Source of the DNA: a virus
Virus genome (UHGV): UHGV-1978634
DNA: 39,633 bases
Strand: one strand, 5' to 3'
The notes under the pieces are model-generated. The model was not told where the DNA came from and searched no databases. It saw nothing but the letters and a program-made list of their open reading frames with translations. Position numbers and translations under genes: made by a program. Each line of letters opens with the position of its first letter. Positions within the stretch are counted from its first letter, which is position 1. Positions 30,335 through 39,633 of this stretch are shown here, piece by piece.

Positions 30335-32211
30335 GGCCAAGTGAACTTAGCGATCTGCTTTGGGCGCAGGTTGACAGGGTGGCTCCGCACCTGTTGCCAA
30401 ACGGCAAGAAAGAGGGGCATGAGTGGGTTGCCGGTAACGTCAACGGTGACAAGGGAAACAGCCTTAAGGTCAACCTTAGCGGCAAGAAAAAATGGGCTGA
30501 TTTCGCTGAGGGAGACGGCGGTGACATGCTTGATTTGTGGATGGCATGTCGTGGAATTAACCTGCATCAGGCTATGCAGGAAGCGAAAGCATTTCTCGGT
30601 ATCAAGGATGACGATCACCATTTCGATGCCAAACGTGAGAAAAAATTCTCCAGACCTGATCGCAAGAAAATCGCCCGCTACGTTACCAGAACAGAATCCC
30701 ATCTTGAGTACCTGCAATCGCGTGGCATATCGCCAGAAATCGTAAAGCGCTACGAGGTTGTCAGCGGCAAGGTGTGGAATGGAGAGCGGGAACTGGATGC
30801 TCTGGTGATTCCGTACAAACGCGATGGTGAGTTGTTGCAGGTCAAGCGAATCAGCACTGAGCGCCCGGACGGGAAGAAAGTCATTATGGCAGAAGGTGAT
30901 TGCGAACCTTGTCTGTTCGGATGGCACGCTCTGGACGCTGGCGTGAGGGCGGTTGTACTTTGCGAAGGCGAAATTGATTGTATGAGCTATGCGCAATACG
31001 GCATCTCGGCGTTATCCGTGCCGTTTGGTGGCGGGAAAGGCGCTAAGCAGCAGTGGATTGAGTTTGAGTATCACAATCTCGACAGGTTTGAGGAAATATT
31101 CATCTCGATGGACGTTGATGATGTTGGTCGTGAAGCCGCAAGGGAAATCGCAAGCCGACTCGGTGAACATCGTTGCCGTCTTGTTACTCTGCCGTACAAA
31201 GACATCAACGAATGCCTGATGAACGGTGTTACCGAGGATGAAATCTGGCAGTACATCGGCACGGCATCCAACTTCGATCCTGAAGAACTCTACAGTGCGC
31301 GAGAGTTTTACCAGGACATTATCAACGCTTTCTACGGCAAGCAGCAGTATCTGTTTAATCCACCGTGGGAATCTCTGGCAGATAAATTCCAGTTCCGTGA
31401 GGCAGAGTTGACGCTGGTCAATGGTGTGAACGGTCACGGAAAAACGGAGGTTGTCGGGCATATGGCACTTGAGGCAATGCGTCAGGGTGTGAAGACGTGC
31501 ATCGCGTCACTTGAGCTGAAGCCTGGTATTCTCCTTAAGCGCCTTACCCGTCAGGCGACGTGCTGCAAGATTCCGCCAGTTCTGGAAATTGACTCTGCAT
31601 TTAAATTTTATGACGAAAGACTTTGGGTGTTTGGCCTGACCGGAACGGCGAAAGCCGACAGGCTGATCGAAATATTCGACTACGCTCGCCGCCGATACGG
31701 GATCCAGTTATTCATCATCGACAGCCTGATGAAATGTGGCATAGGCGACGATGACTATAACGGGCAGAAGGCGTTTGTTGACTCGATTTGCGACTTCAAA
31801 AACAAAACAAACTCCCACGTCATTCTCGTTACTCACTCGCGAAAAGGAGACAGCGAAGAAAAACCAACCGGGAAAATGGACGTTAAAGGCTCTGGAGCGA
31901 TAACAGACCTGACAGACAACCTTTTCATCATCTGGCGTAACAAGGCTCGCGAGAGAGCGTTACAGAGAGTTCAGAGTGGTGAAAAGATGTCAGAGAAGGA
32001 CGAACAGCTACTGGCGTCTCCTGCATCTGTTTTGATGCTTGAAAAACAACGTAACGGCGAAGGTTGGGAAGGTGGTGTCCCGTTGTTCCTTGACGAGCAA
32101 TCGCACCAGTTCCTGCAACTTGAATCAGGATCGCCATATAGCTACATCGCCAATATGCCGAAATCGGAATATGACGAGGCGTGGCGACAGGAAAACGTGA
32201 CGGAGTATTAA
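30331..32211 (+). CDS. Bifunctional primase / DnaB-family replicative helicase
   Basis: 626 aa; N-terminal Cys/His cluster and primase-like region, C-terminal Walker A ..LVNGVNGHGKTEV.. and ..IIDSL.. helicase motifs. Confidence 0.8.
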   Translation: MRPSELSDLLWAQVDRVAPHLLPNGKKEGHEWVAGNVNGDKGNSLKVNLSGKKKWADFAEGDGGDMLDLWMACRGINLHQAMQEAKAFLGIKDDDHHFDAKREKKFSRPDRKKIARYVTRTESHLEYLQSRGISPEIVKRYEVVSGKVWNGERELDALVIPYKRDGELLQVKRISTERPDGKKVIMAEGDCEPCLFGWHALDAGVRAVVLCEGEIDCMSYAQYGISALSVPFGGGKGAKQQWIEFEYHNLDRFEEIFISMDVDDVGREAAREIASRLGEHRCRLVTLPYKDINECLMNGVTEDEIWQYIGTASNFDPEELYSAREFYQDIINAFYGKQQYLFNPPWESLADKFQFREAELTLVNGVNGHGKTEVVGHMALEAMRQGVKTCIASLELKPGILLKRLTRQATCCKIPPVLEIDSAFKFYDERLWVFGLTGTAKADRLIEIFDYARRRYGIQLFIIDSLMKCGIGDDDYNGQKAFVDSICDFKNKTNSHVILVTHSRKGDSEEKPTGKMDVKGSGAITDLTDNLFIIWRNKARERALQRVQSGEKMSEKDEQLLASPASVLMLEKQRNGEGWEGGVPLFLDEQSHQFLQLESGSPYSYIANMPKSEYDEAWRQENVTEY

Positions 32212-32241
32212 ATGACCATCTACATCACTTAGCTAATAACA

Positions 32242-32269
32242 GGGGCTATTTACACAGTAGCCCTTTTTT
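32242..32269 (+). terminator. Rho-independent terminator after the replication operon
   Basis: gggcta / tagccc stem followed by T6. Confidence 0.6.
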
Positions 32270-32298
32270 ATTGGATTAAGAGCAAGGGGTAAGTACCG

Positions 32299-32481
32299 AT
32301 GGTAAATGCATTTATTTGTGGTTTATTTCTTGTCGCTATTTTTCATGGATTCCTTCTGATGATGAGTTTTGTTCTCTGGAATAATGCATATCGCATATTG
32401 GGGGTAGGTTTTGTTTTACGGTTTTCAGTCGTCTGCGCGTTGCTACCGATAATTATGGCGACTATCAAATATTATTGGTAA
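32299..32481 (+). CDS. Small hydrophobic protein (60 aa)
   Basis: Two predicted TM segments; follows a terminator. Confidence 0.4.
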   Translation: MVNAFICGLFLVAIFHGFLLMMSFVLWNNAYRILGVGFVLRFSVVCALLPIIMATIKYYW

Positions 32482-32508
32482 CCCAAAAAATCATCGATGG
32501 AGAGTGAT

Positions 32509-32751
32509 ATGGACGAATCAAGAAAACAGTTTTTGGAGTGGTTTGGTGAAGAGTTCGAGCCTATTAACAACAGCGAAGAACTTCACGTTCAGGCCATCAA
32601 GATGATTGCCTGGCAGTCATGGGTTAAGTCTCGCGCATCTATCGAAATTAAATGGCCATCTCATGGAATAGACGCTTCTGGCGGGACTTACCACCGCAGA
32701 GATGACATGAAAAAAGAGCTAAGCGACGCTGGAGTCAAAGTGAAGGAGTAA
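32509..32751 (+). CDS. Hypothetical nin-region protein (80 aa)
   Basis: ORF 32497..32751; second ATG preceded by a GGAGAG RBS. Confidence 0.5.
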   Translation: MDESRKQFLEWFGEEFEPINNSEELHVQAIKMIAWQSWVKSRASIEIKWPSHGIDASGGTYHRRDDMKKELSDAGVKVKE

Positions 32752-32753
32752 CG

Positions 32754-33164
32754 ATGAAGCAAACAATCTTCCTCCGAAGTAAGCAACAACAGCAAGCCGC
32801 AATCAACGCCATCCTCGCAACACCACTCGATAAAGACAAGCCAGTCACCATCCGCATTACTGACTACAAGCGCAACCTTGACCAGAACGCAAAATTTCAC
32901 GCGATGCTGGCGGATATCGCTCGTCAGGTTCAATGGTGCGATAAATGGTTAAAACCAGAACAATGGAAGGTTTTGTTGATTAGCGGTCATGCAGTGGCAA
33001 CAAAGCAGGAAGCTGATGTTTTGCCCGGCCTTGAAGGCGAATACGTCAACATTCGCGAAAGCAGCGCACAGATGAGCGTGAAGCGCATGGCAAGCCTGAT
33101 TGAGTACACGACAGCATGGGCTATTGGTCAGGGTGTCAGATTTACCGACAGGAGGTACGAATGA
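32754..33164 (+). CDS. ninB: NinB recombination protein
   Basis: 136 aa; ..[32 protein letters not shown].. resembles lambda NinB. Confidence 0.75.
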   Translation: MKQTIFLRSKQQQQAAINAILATPLDKDKPVTIRITDYKRNLDQNAKFHAMLADIARQVQWCDKWLKPEQWKVLLISGHAVATKQEADVLPGLEGEYVNIRESSAQMSVKRMASLIEYTTAWAIGQGVRFTDRRYE

Positions 33165-33337
33165 GACGACAGCGACGAAGTATCACCGACATCATCTGCG
33201 AAAACTGCAAATACCTTCCAACGAAACGCTCCAGAAATAAATCCAAGCCAATCCCAAAAGAATCTGACGTAAAAACCTTCAACTACACGGCTCACCTGTG
33301 GGATATCCGGTGGCTTAGACATCGTGCGAGGAAATGA
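33161..33337 (+). CDS. NinD-like small Cys-containing protein
   Basis: ORF 33116..33337; AGGAGG RBS before the ATG at 33161. Confidence 0.5.
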   Translation: MRRQRRSITDIICENCKYLPTKRSRNKSKPIPKESDVKTFNYTAHLWDIRWLRHRARK

Positions 33338-33699
33338 CAATGGATTATTCACAGTTAAGTGATTTTGAAATTAACGTGGCGGTATTCGAAGCTATTCATA
33401 ACGGATCACCGGATTACAAAGAAGGTGAGAATGGCGATATGGTGTTTGTCTCATTTGAGGGAGACATTGTAAACGGAGACGCAGTTGAAGTAGAAGTTGA
33501 GCGCGGTTCCTTTAACCCATGCGCAAACCCAGCAGACGCATGGCCGATTATTGAAAAATACAGGATTAGCATTATCAATCTCGATGAAGACGAGTGGGGT
33601 GCACGCGGTGTGGCCTACTGTAAATCTAAGCGAGCTATACATGAAAATCCCCTCCGCGCCGCCATGATTGTCTTTCTCATGATGCAGAGAATCCAATAA
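33334..33699 (+). CDS. Hypothetical nin-region protein (121 aa)
   Basis: ORF track; operon context. Confidence 0.5.
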   Translation: MTMDYSQLSDFEINVAVFEAIHNGSPDYKEGENGDMVFVSFEGDIVNGDAVEVEVERGSFNPCANPADAWPIIEKYRISIINLDEDEWGARGVAYCKSKRAIHENPLRAAMIVFLMMQRIQ

Positions 33700-33872
33700 T
33701 GCTTAGCCCATCCCAATCCATTCAATACCAGAAAGAAAGCGTCGAGAGAGCTTTAACGTGCGCTAACTGCGGTCAGAAGCTGCATGTGCTGGAAGTTCAC
33801 GTGTGCTCCGATTGCTGCGCAGAACTGATGAGCGATCCGAATAGCTCAATGTACGAGGAAGAAGATGATGGC
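33699..33872 (+). CDS. ninF: NinF-like protein
   Basis: My own translation [58 protein letters not shown] (57 aa). Confidence 0.65.
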
Positions 33873-34479
33873 TAAACCAGCGCGAAGACGATGTAAAAAC
33901 GATGAATGTCGGGAATGGTTTCACCCTGCATTCGCTAATCAGTGGTGGTGCTCTCCAGAGTGTGGAACAAAGATAGCACTCGAGCGACGAAGCAAAGAAC
34001 GCGAAAAAGCGGAAAAAGCAGCAGAGAAGAAACGACGACGAGAGGAGCAGAAACAGAAAGATAAACTTAAGATTCGAAAACTCGCCTTAAAGCCCCGCAG
34101 TTACTGGATTAAACAAGCCCAACAAGCCGTAAACGCCTTCATCAGAGAAAGAGACCGCGACTTACCATGTATCTCGTGCGGAACGCTCACGTCTGCTCAG
34201 TGGGATGCCGGACATTACCGGACAACTGCTGCGGCACCTCAACTCCGATTTGATGAACGCAATATTCACAAGCAATGCGTGGTGTGCAACCAGCACAAAA
34301 GCGGAAATCTCGTTCCGTATCGCGTCGAACTGATTAATCGCATCGGGCAGGAAGCAGTAGACGAAATCGAATTAAACCATAACCGCCATCGCTGGACTGT
34401 CGAAGAGTGCAGGGCCATCAAGGCGGAGTATCAGCAGAAACTCAAAGACCTGCGAAACAGCAGAAGTGAGGCCGCATGA
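33865..34479 (+). CDS. ninG: NinG / Rap recombination protein
   Basis: 204 aa; Cys-rich N-terminus and basic central region typical of NinG. Confidence 0.8.
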   Translation: MMAKPARRRCKNDECREWFHPAFANQWWCSPECGTKIALERRSKEREKAEKAAEKKRRREEQKQKDKLKIRKLALKPRSYWIKQAQQAVNAFIRERDRDLPCISCGTLTSAQWDAGHYRTTAAAPQLRFDERNIHKQCVVCNQHKSGNLVPYRVELINRIGQEAVDEIELNHNRHRWTVEECRAIKAEYQQKLKDLRNSRSEAA

Positions 34480-34522
34480 CGTTCTCAGTAAAAACCATTC
34501 CAGATCACAAGGGAGAAGGCGC

Positions 34523-35011
34523 ATGGGCATAAGAGAACTAAACCTCACCAAAGAACAGCACGAGTGGCTGAATGGCTGGCTTGAACTGTGGGGCGCATGG
34601 GTTTATTCAGGTCGTCTGGAAAAGCGCATGAGCAGCGTAATAGCGAAGTTTATGGAGAGCGTAGAGCCGGGAAGAGTTATGACAAGGCCAATGTGTAATG
34701 ATGATGATGGAATGTTGATTTCTCAGGTCGTCGATTCCGTCATGTACATTGACAAGAAAGCCTTTGGCATCCTCCTCAGCTACTACGCCCATGGATCTTC
34801 CAAGCACGCCATTGCATCTTACTATCATCGCGTCGCAAGACCTCGCAAGATGTTATGCCGGGGCGGCGGGCGCATTCAAAAACCATCGCTCGCAACCTGT
34901 CGTCGGGAAGTTGACGAAATCCTCAATGCCTCGTTGTTTATGATTTACCCGGTTCTGGATAGTGCGTTTAAAAACCGGAAACGTGTAGAGAAAATTAAAC
35001 ATGTAGCATAG
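34523..35011 (+). CDS. Q: Late-gene antiterminator Q (P22 gene 23 family)
   Basis: ORF 34466..35011; ATG at 34523 with GGGAGAAGG RBS; ..WLELWGAWV..RPMCNDDDGMLIS.. pattern; immediately upstream of the late leader. Confidence 0.65.
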   Translation: MGIRELNLTKEQHEWLNGWLELWGAWVYSGRLEKRMSSVIAKFMESVEPGRVMTRPMCNDDDGMLISQVVDSVMYIDKKAFGILLSYYAHGSSKHAIASYYHRVARPRKMLCRGGGRIQKPSLATCRREVDEILNASLFMIYPVLDSAFKNRKRVEKIKHVA

Positions 35012-35093
35012 AACGTGTTGACATCATTGAGCAAATGAGCAACACTATTCGCATAAGCTGCCGTTAGTGACTCTTAAGTTTCAACGGTGGCTT

Positions 35094-35168
35094 TTTTTAT
35101 TTGGGTCAGTCGTATAAAGGTCATTACGGAAGGCTGTTAACCTTCTTATCGTGGTTCGAGTCCACGCT
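35094..35168 (+). tRNA. tRNA-Asn (anticodon GTT)
   Basis: Manual cloverleaf: acceptor gggtcag/ctgtccc (one mismatch), anticodon stem gaagg/ccttc, loop ctGTTaa, T-arm cgtgg-ttcgagt-ccacg, 3-prime gcca. Confidence 0.7.
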
Positions 35169-35173
35169 GTCCC

Positions 35174-35249
35174 GCCAAATATGCTGGTTTAGCTCCAATG
35201 GTAGAGCAGTCGCCTTGTAAGCGAATGGGTAGCGGTTCAAGTCCGTTAA
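35174..35249 (+). tRNA. tRNA-Thr (anticodon TGT)
   Basis: Manual cloverleaf: acceptor gctggtt/aaccagc, D-arm gctc-caatggta-gagc, anticodon loop ctTGTaa, T-arm agcgg-ttcaagt-ccgtt, 3-prime acca. Confidence 0.8.
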
Positions 35250-35500
35250 CCAGCACCATAACTGAGCCGTAGCCACTGGCTATCCTGAATTCATCAGTGA
35301 TAGTTACGCTGCGGCCTTCTACACATGACCTTCGTGAAAGCGGGTGGCAAGAGGTTGCGCTAACAACCTCCTGCCGTTTTGCCCGTGCATATCGGTCACG
35401 AACAAATCTGATTGCTAAACACAGTAGCCTGGATTTGTTCTATCAGTAATCGACCTTATTCCTAATTAAATAGAGCAAATCCCCTTATTGGGGGTAAGAC

Positions 35501-35824
35501 ATGAAGATGCCAGAAAAACATGACCTGTTAGCCGCCATTCTCGCGGCAAAGGAACAAGGCATCGGGGCAATCCTTGCGTTTGCAATGGCGTACCTTCGCG
35601 GCAGATATAATGGCGGTGCGTTTACAAAAACAGTAATCGACGCAACGATGTGCGCCATTATCGCCTGGTTCATTCGTGACCTTCTCGACTTCGCCGGACT
35701 AAGTAGCAATCTCGCTTATATAACGAGCGTGTTCATCGGCTACATCGGTACTGACTCGATTGGTTCGCTTATCAAACGCTTCGCTGCTAAAAAAGCCGGA
35801 GTAGAAGATGGTGGAAATCAATAA
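35501..35824 (+). CDS. S: Holin S (lambda class I, dual-start MKM)
   Basis: 107-aa product matches lambda S as I recall it almost residue for residue. Confidence 0.9.
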   Translation: MKMPEKHDLLAAILAAKEQGIGAILAFAMAYLRGRYNGGAFTKTVIDATMCAIIAWFIRDLLDFAGLSSNLAYITSVFIGYIGTDSIGSLIKRFAAKKAGVEDGGNQ

Positions 35825-36284
35825 TCAACGTAAGGCGTTCCTCGATATGCTGGCGTGGTCAGAGGGAACTGATAACGGACGTCAGAAAACCAGAAATCAT
35901 GGTTATGACGTCATTGTTGGCGGAGAGCTATTCACTGATTACTCCGATCACCCTCGCAAACTTGTCACGCTAAACCCAAAACTCAAATCAACAGCAGCCG
36001 GACGTTACCAGCTTCTTTCCCGTTGGTGGGATGCCTACCGCAAGCAGCTTGGACTGAAAGACTTCTCTCCGAAAAGCCAGGACGCTGTGGCACTGCAACA
36101 GATTAAAGAGCGTGGCGCTTTACCGATGATTGATCGCGGTGATATTCGTCAGGCTATCGACCGTTGCAGCAATATCTGGGCTTCACTGCCGGGCGCTGGT
36201 TATGGTCAGTTCGAGCATAAGGCTGACAGCCTGATTGCAAAATTCAAAGAGGCTGGCGGAACGGTCAGAGAGATTGAGGTATGA
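35808..36284 (+). CDS. R: Endolysin R (lytic transglycosylase)
   Basis: 158 aa, lambda R-like. Confidence 0.9.
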   Translation: MVEINNQRKAFLDMLAWSEGTDNGRQKTRNHGYDVIVGGELFTDYSDHPRKLVTLNPKLKSTAAGRYQLLSRWWDAYRKQLGLKDFSPKSQDAVALQQIKERGALPMIDRGDIRQAIDRCSNIWASLPGAGYGQFEHKADSLIAKFKEAGGTVREIEV

Positions 36285-36748
36285 GCAGAGTAACCGCGAT
36301 TATCTCCGCTCTGGTTATCTGCATCATCGTCTGTCTGTCATGGGCTGTTAATCATTACCGTGATAACGCCATCGCCTACAAAGAACAGCGAGATAAAAAA
36401 GTCAGTGAGCTGAAGCAGGCGACCGCCACCATTACTGACATGCAGCAGCGCCAGCGTTCTGCTGATGCACTCGATGCTAAATACACGAAGGAGTTAGCTG
36501 ATGCGAAAGCTGAAAATGATGCTCTTCGGCGCAAGCTTGATAATGGTGGTCGGGTGTTCGTCAAAGGAAAATGCCCTATGCCATCCTCAGCCGAAACCTC
36601 CAGCGCCTCCGGCATGGGCAATGATGCCACCGTCGAACTCTCTCCAGTTGCTGGACGAAACGTTCTCGGTATCCGGGACGGAATCATCAGCGACCAAACA
36701 GCACTGAGAACGCTTCAGGAATACATCAGGACGCAATGCCTTCGATGA
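36281..36748 (+). CDS. Rz: Rz inner-membrane spanin
   Basis: 155 aa; N-terminal TM segment then coiled-coil. Confidence 0.85.
   Translation: MSRVTAIISALVICIIVCLSWAVNHYRDNAIAYKEQRDKKVSELKQATATITDMQQRQRSADALDAKYTKELADAKAENDALRRKLDNGGRVFVKGKCPMPSSAETSSASGMGNDATVELSPVAGRNVLGIRDGIISDQTALRTLQEYIRTQCLR
36501..36707 (+). CDS. Rz1: Rz1 outer-membrane lipoprotein spanin, embedded in Rz in the +1 frame
   Basis: Lipobox ..VVGCSS.. and proline-rich [11 protein letters not shown] segment. Confidence 0.7.
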   Translation: MRKLKMMLFGASLIMVVGCSSKENALCHPQPKPPAPPAWAMMPPSNSLQLLDETFSVSGTESSATKQH

Positions 36749-36923
36749 TAGCGATAATTTTACTCATCATCCTTCACATCTGGCTCTGTAGACAGGGTGG
36801 TGATCACTTCTGGAGTAAATCCAGATTAAACATCTCATTGCTGATGCTTGATATTGAGCATCTGGCGCGCAGTAAGGGGCTGCGTTGAGATAAGAGCCAG
36901 TTCATTACAAATACCAGGATTTA

Positions 36924-36946
36924 GCCTCGCATTCGCGGGGCTTTTT
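36924..36946 (+). terminator. Candidate rho-independent terminator
   Basis: gcctcgc-attc-gcggggc hairpin followed by T5. Confidence 0.45.
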
Positions 36947-37087
36947 ATATCTGAATTTCACAGCGCATCTCACGCGCATATTAACGAGAGCCTTTCAGTA
37001 AGCGAGCCTGAGAAATGCCGTTATAGGTGGCGACCTCTCTCGGGCGGCTTTTCTGTGAGACAGGCTCACTTTCTAAAAGGTAAAAAC

Positions 37088-37609
37088 GCTATGAATCATC
37101 AATTGGCTAATCTCGATTTCCGGGACATGGTGGTTGTTTCTGGTGATCGCGTGATCACAACCTCCCGCAAGGTAGCAGCTTACTTCGACAAGCAGCATCA
37201 CCACATCATTCAGAAAATCGAAAAGCTAGACTGTTCGGATGAATTTCTAACCAGCAACTTTTCGCGGGTTACCTATGAACACAAGGGTAATCAGTATGTT
37301 GAATATGAAATTTCCAAAGACGGCGCGATGTACATCATCATGTCGTTTACCGGCAAAAAAGCTGCCGCCATCAAAGAGGCGTTTATCAAAGCATTTAATT
37401 GGATGCGTGACAGGCTGATGGAGATGGCTCACTCATACCAAAGAGAGCACAACGAGTTAATGCTGGAGTTCATGAAGGAAAAGGATGTTGCCAGTATGTC
37501 AGGACGCTTGCTGAACCGCTGGGGCAGGATCAAAAAACCGCAACTCATAGCAAGAATCGAAAGGCTTGAGCAGCAGGCGCAAATATCGATCCCCGGACTG
37601 CCAAAGTGA
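37088..37609 (+). CDS. rha: Rha-family phage regulatory protein
   Basis: ORF 36848..37609; ATG at 37088; ..DFRDMVVVSGDRVITTSRKVAAYFDKQHHHIIQKIEKL.. typical Rha N-terminus. Confidence 0.7.
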   Translation, partial: AMNHQLANLDFRDMVVVSGDRVITTSRKVAAYFDKQHHHIIQKIEKLDCSDEFLTSNFSRVTYEHKGNQYVEYEISKDGAMYIIMSFTGKKAAAIKEAFIKAFNWMRDRLMEMAHSYQREHNELMLEFMKEKDVASMSGRLLNRWGRIKKPQLIARIERLEQQAQISIPGLPK

Positions 37610-37962
37610 CCATTCCAAAGCCCATCTACGGGTGGGCTTGATAATGAAACCGTGATTTACATCCCCACAATCCGGGTATGTAAAAGATAGTTCAGGCGAG
37701 AACAGATTTAACTAAATCTGTGCACCACCAGTTGCGGCAGTACAGCGAAACAACCCAAGCCAGTAAGTGGGGAAATAACACTGGCAGCCACTGAAAGATG
37801 AACCTCCTGCCTTATGGCAAAAAAAGATTCTTTTTGGTGGCGGACTGATGGAAAGACATCGGTTATTGCAGAGGCCATTCAATGAGTGGTCTCGACAATG
37901 GCTTATACCCTACACGGGATAACTTAACTGATATCCCTTTTAACGGATAAACGGAGCCAACA

Positions 37963-38205
37963 ATGGCAGAGATTATTCCCATGACTGAAGAACAGAAATT
38001 CCAGCTAGAGATTTACAAACTGGTCATGAACCAGAACGCAGCCGCAGAGGAAGCATTTCAGTTCATTGGTACTGACGAACTGAAGCTTGAACTGTTCAAA
38101 ATTCACTTCCAGTCAGGCGGCGCTAATTCAGATATCACGATCCGCACATTCGAAGCGGTGCGTAAATCGAAGGAAGCGTTAGACCTGTTCACCACCGGAG
38201 CATGA
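37963..38205 (+). CDS. Hypothetical protein (80 aa)
   Basis: GGAG RBS 6 nt upstream of ATG. Confidence 0.5.
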   Translation: MAEIIPMTEEQKFQLEIYKLVMNQNAAAEEAFQFIGTDELKLELFKIHFQSGGANSDITIRTFEAVRKSKEALDLFTTGA

Positions 38206-38206
38206 T

Positions 38207-38386
38207 GTGAGCCGCGTAATCAATTTGGGTAAGGAGAAGAAATTCCCAATTACTCAAGAGCTATACGAGCGGCTGGAAAGCGTCATCCATGATTACGATG
38301 GTGAAATCAGTTTATGCGAGGCGATTGGTACACTCGAATTGCTGAAGCAGTCACTGATTGAAGGCGCGAAAGAGTCCTCAGCCTGA
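38207..38386 (+). CDS. Hypothetical small protein (59 aa, GTG start)
   Basis: Open frame directly after the upstream stop; weak. Confidence 0.25.
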   Translation: MSRVINLGKEKKFPITQELYERLESVIHDYDGEISLCEAIGTLELLKQSLIEGAKESSA

Positions 38387-38409
38387 AATGACAATTAAGT
38401 GAGATGAAT

Positions 38410-38832
38410 ATGGCGACTGAACCAAAAGCTGGTCGCCCCTCTGATTATATGCCGGAGGTGGCTGACGATATCTGCTCGTTGCTTTCTTCTGGCGAAAGTT
38501 TGCTGAAAGTATGTAAGCGTCCTGGTATGCCGGATAAGTCCACTGTTTTCCGCTGGTTGGCAAAGCATGAGGATTTTCGCGACAAGTACGCGAAGGCAAC
38601 TGAGGCACGAGCTGATTCTATTTTCGAAGAGATATTCGAAATTGCTGACAATGCGATTCCAGATGCTGCTGAGGTGGCAAAGGCAAGACTTCGCGTTGAT
38701 ACCCGCAAATGGGCGCTGGCCCGAATGAATCCCCGTAAGTATGGCGACAAGGTAACAAACGAGCTTGTCGGCAAAGACGGCGGCGCAATCCAGATTGAAA
38801 CATCACCGATGAGTACTCTATTCGGAAAATGA
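38410..38832 (+). CDS. Terminase small subunit (Sf6 gp1-like)
   Basis: ORF 38404..38832; MATEPKAGRPSDYMPEVADDICSLLSSGESLLKVCKRPGMPDKSTVFRWLAKHEDFRDKYAKATEARADS.. matches the Sf6 small terminase as I recall it. Confidence 0.9.
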   Translation: MATEPKAGRPSDYMPEVADDICSLLSSGESLLKVCKRPGMPDKSTVFRWLAKHEDFRDKYAKATEARADSIFEEIFEIADNAIPDAAEVAKARLRVDTRKWALARMNPRKYGDKVTNELVGKDGGAIQIETSPMSTLFGK

Positions 38833-39633
38833 CCTCGATTAATCCTATCTTTGAACCGTTCATTGAGGCGCATCGCTACAAAGTCGCCAAAGGCGGTCGA
38901 GGTAGCGGTAAGTCATGGGCAATTGCGAGGCTGCTTGTTGAAGCGGCGCGTCGGCAGCCTGTGCGTATTCTCTGCGCTCGTGAACTGCAAAACAGTATCA
39001 GCGATTCGGTAATCCGGTTGCTTGAAGACACCATCGAGCGGGAAGGGTATTCGGCTGAGTTTGAAATTCAGCGTTCAATGATTCGTCATCTCGGAACGAA
39101 CGCTGAATTCATGTTCTACGGCATCAAAAACAACCCGACGAAGATTAAATCGCTCGAAGGCATTGATATCTGCTGGGTGGAAGAAGCGGAAGCGGTAACG
39201 AAGGAATCATGGGATATCCTGATTCCAACCATCCGCAAGCCATTTTCCGAAATATGGGTGAGCTTCAACCCGAAAAACATCCTCGACGATACCTATCAGC
39301 GATTCGTCGTAAATCCTCCCGATGACATTTGCCTGCTGACGGTGAACTACACCGACAACCCGCACTTTCCTGAAGTCCTCCGTCTGGAGATGGAAGAGTG
39401 TAAACGCAGAAATCCGACACTGTATCGTCACATCTGGCTTGGTGAGCCAGTAAGCGCAAGTGATATGGCAATCATCAAACGTGAATGGCTTGAAGCTGCA
39501 ACTGATGCGCACAAGAAACTCGGATGGAAAGCGAAAGGCGCTGTTGTTTCTGCGCATGACCCGTCAGATACAGGGCCAGATGCTAAAGGTTACGCATCGC
39601 GCCACGGTTCGGTAGTTAAGCGCATTGCCGAAG
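38829..39633 (+). CDS. Terminase large subunit, N-terminal portion (runs off the window end)
   Basis: ATG overlaps the small-terminase stop (ATGA); Walker A KGGRGSGKS; open to the last base. Confidence 0.9.
   Translation, partial: MTSINPIFEPFIEAHRYKVAKGGRGSGKSWAIARLLVEAARRQPVRILCARELQNSISDSVIRLLEDTIEREGYSAEFEIQRSMIRHLGTNAEFMFYGIKNNPTKIKSLEGIDICWVEEAEAVTKESWDILIPTIRKPFSEIWVSFNPKNILDDTYQRFVVNPPDDICLLTVNYTDNPHFPEVLRLEMEECKRRNPTLYRHIWLGEPVSASDMAIIKREWLEAATDAHKKLGWKAKGAVVSAHDPSDTGPDAKGYASRHGSVVKRIAE

Noticed and set aside
30262-30996. 244-aa minus-strand ORF
   Set aside because: Lies antisense within the primase-helicase gene, which has clear motifs; likewise ORFs antisense to the portal (2005..2457), tailspike (14405..14653) and ejection proteins
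35050-35090. Possible tR-prime terminator upstream of the tRNAs
   Set aside because: T-run is clear but the stem pairs only weakly with a long loop; not reported as a feature
35250-35400. Possible third tRNA after tRNA-Thr
   Set aside because: No T-loop consensus or acceptable cloverleaf found; the sequence looks like the late leader upstream of S
1-39633. CRISPR arrays, insertion sequences or transposases
   Set aside because: No regularly spaced direct repeats and no transposase-like ORFs seen; the only repeats are operators, iterons, att-region motifs and the 18-bp RBS duplication

Overview
The window reads as an almost complete, unintegrated genome of a mosaic temperate P22/Sf6-like podovirus of Enterobacteriaceae; both window edges fall inside the large terminase gene. 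All family assignments are from reading the translations and recalling known proteins; no search was run. Gene order: portal, scaffold, coat, tail adaptor/hub/needle, three ejection proteins and an 807-aa tailspike; then a convergent gtrA-gtrB-type-specific glycosyltransferase cassette (O-antigen serotype conversion), integrase, candidate attP and a TorI-like excisionase; an early-left accessory cluster (PerC-like, DUF551-like, HNH endonuclease, SSB-like, Erf); a lambda-like immunity region (N, OL, cI plus a co-transcribed membrane protein, OR, cro, cII); replication (O-like initiator with iterons, primase-helicase); nin region; Q-like antiterminator; two tRNA genes; lambda-like S/R/Rz/Rz1 lysis cassette; rha; small terminase. 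Most notable: single-base homopolymer frameshifts split the coat and large terminase genes (and possibly a small pL-operon gene), which may be sequencing artefacts or real inactivation; tRNA-Arg-like fragments flank xis at the candidate attP; and several uncharacterised accessory genes sit in AT-rich patches. I did not identify any one locus as a clearly novel system; the best candidates are ranked in the findings.
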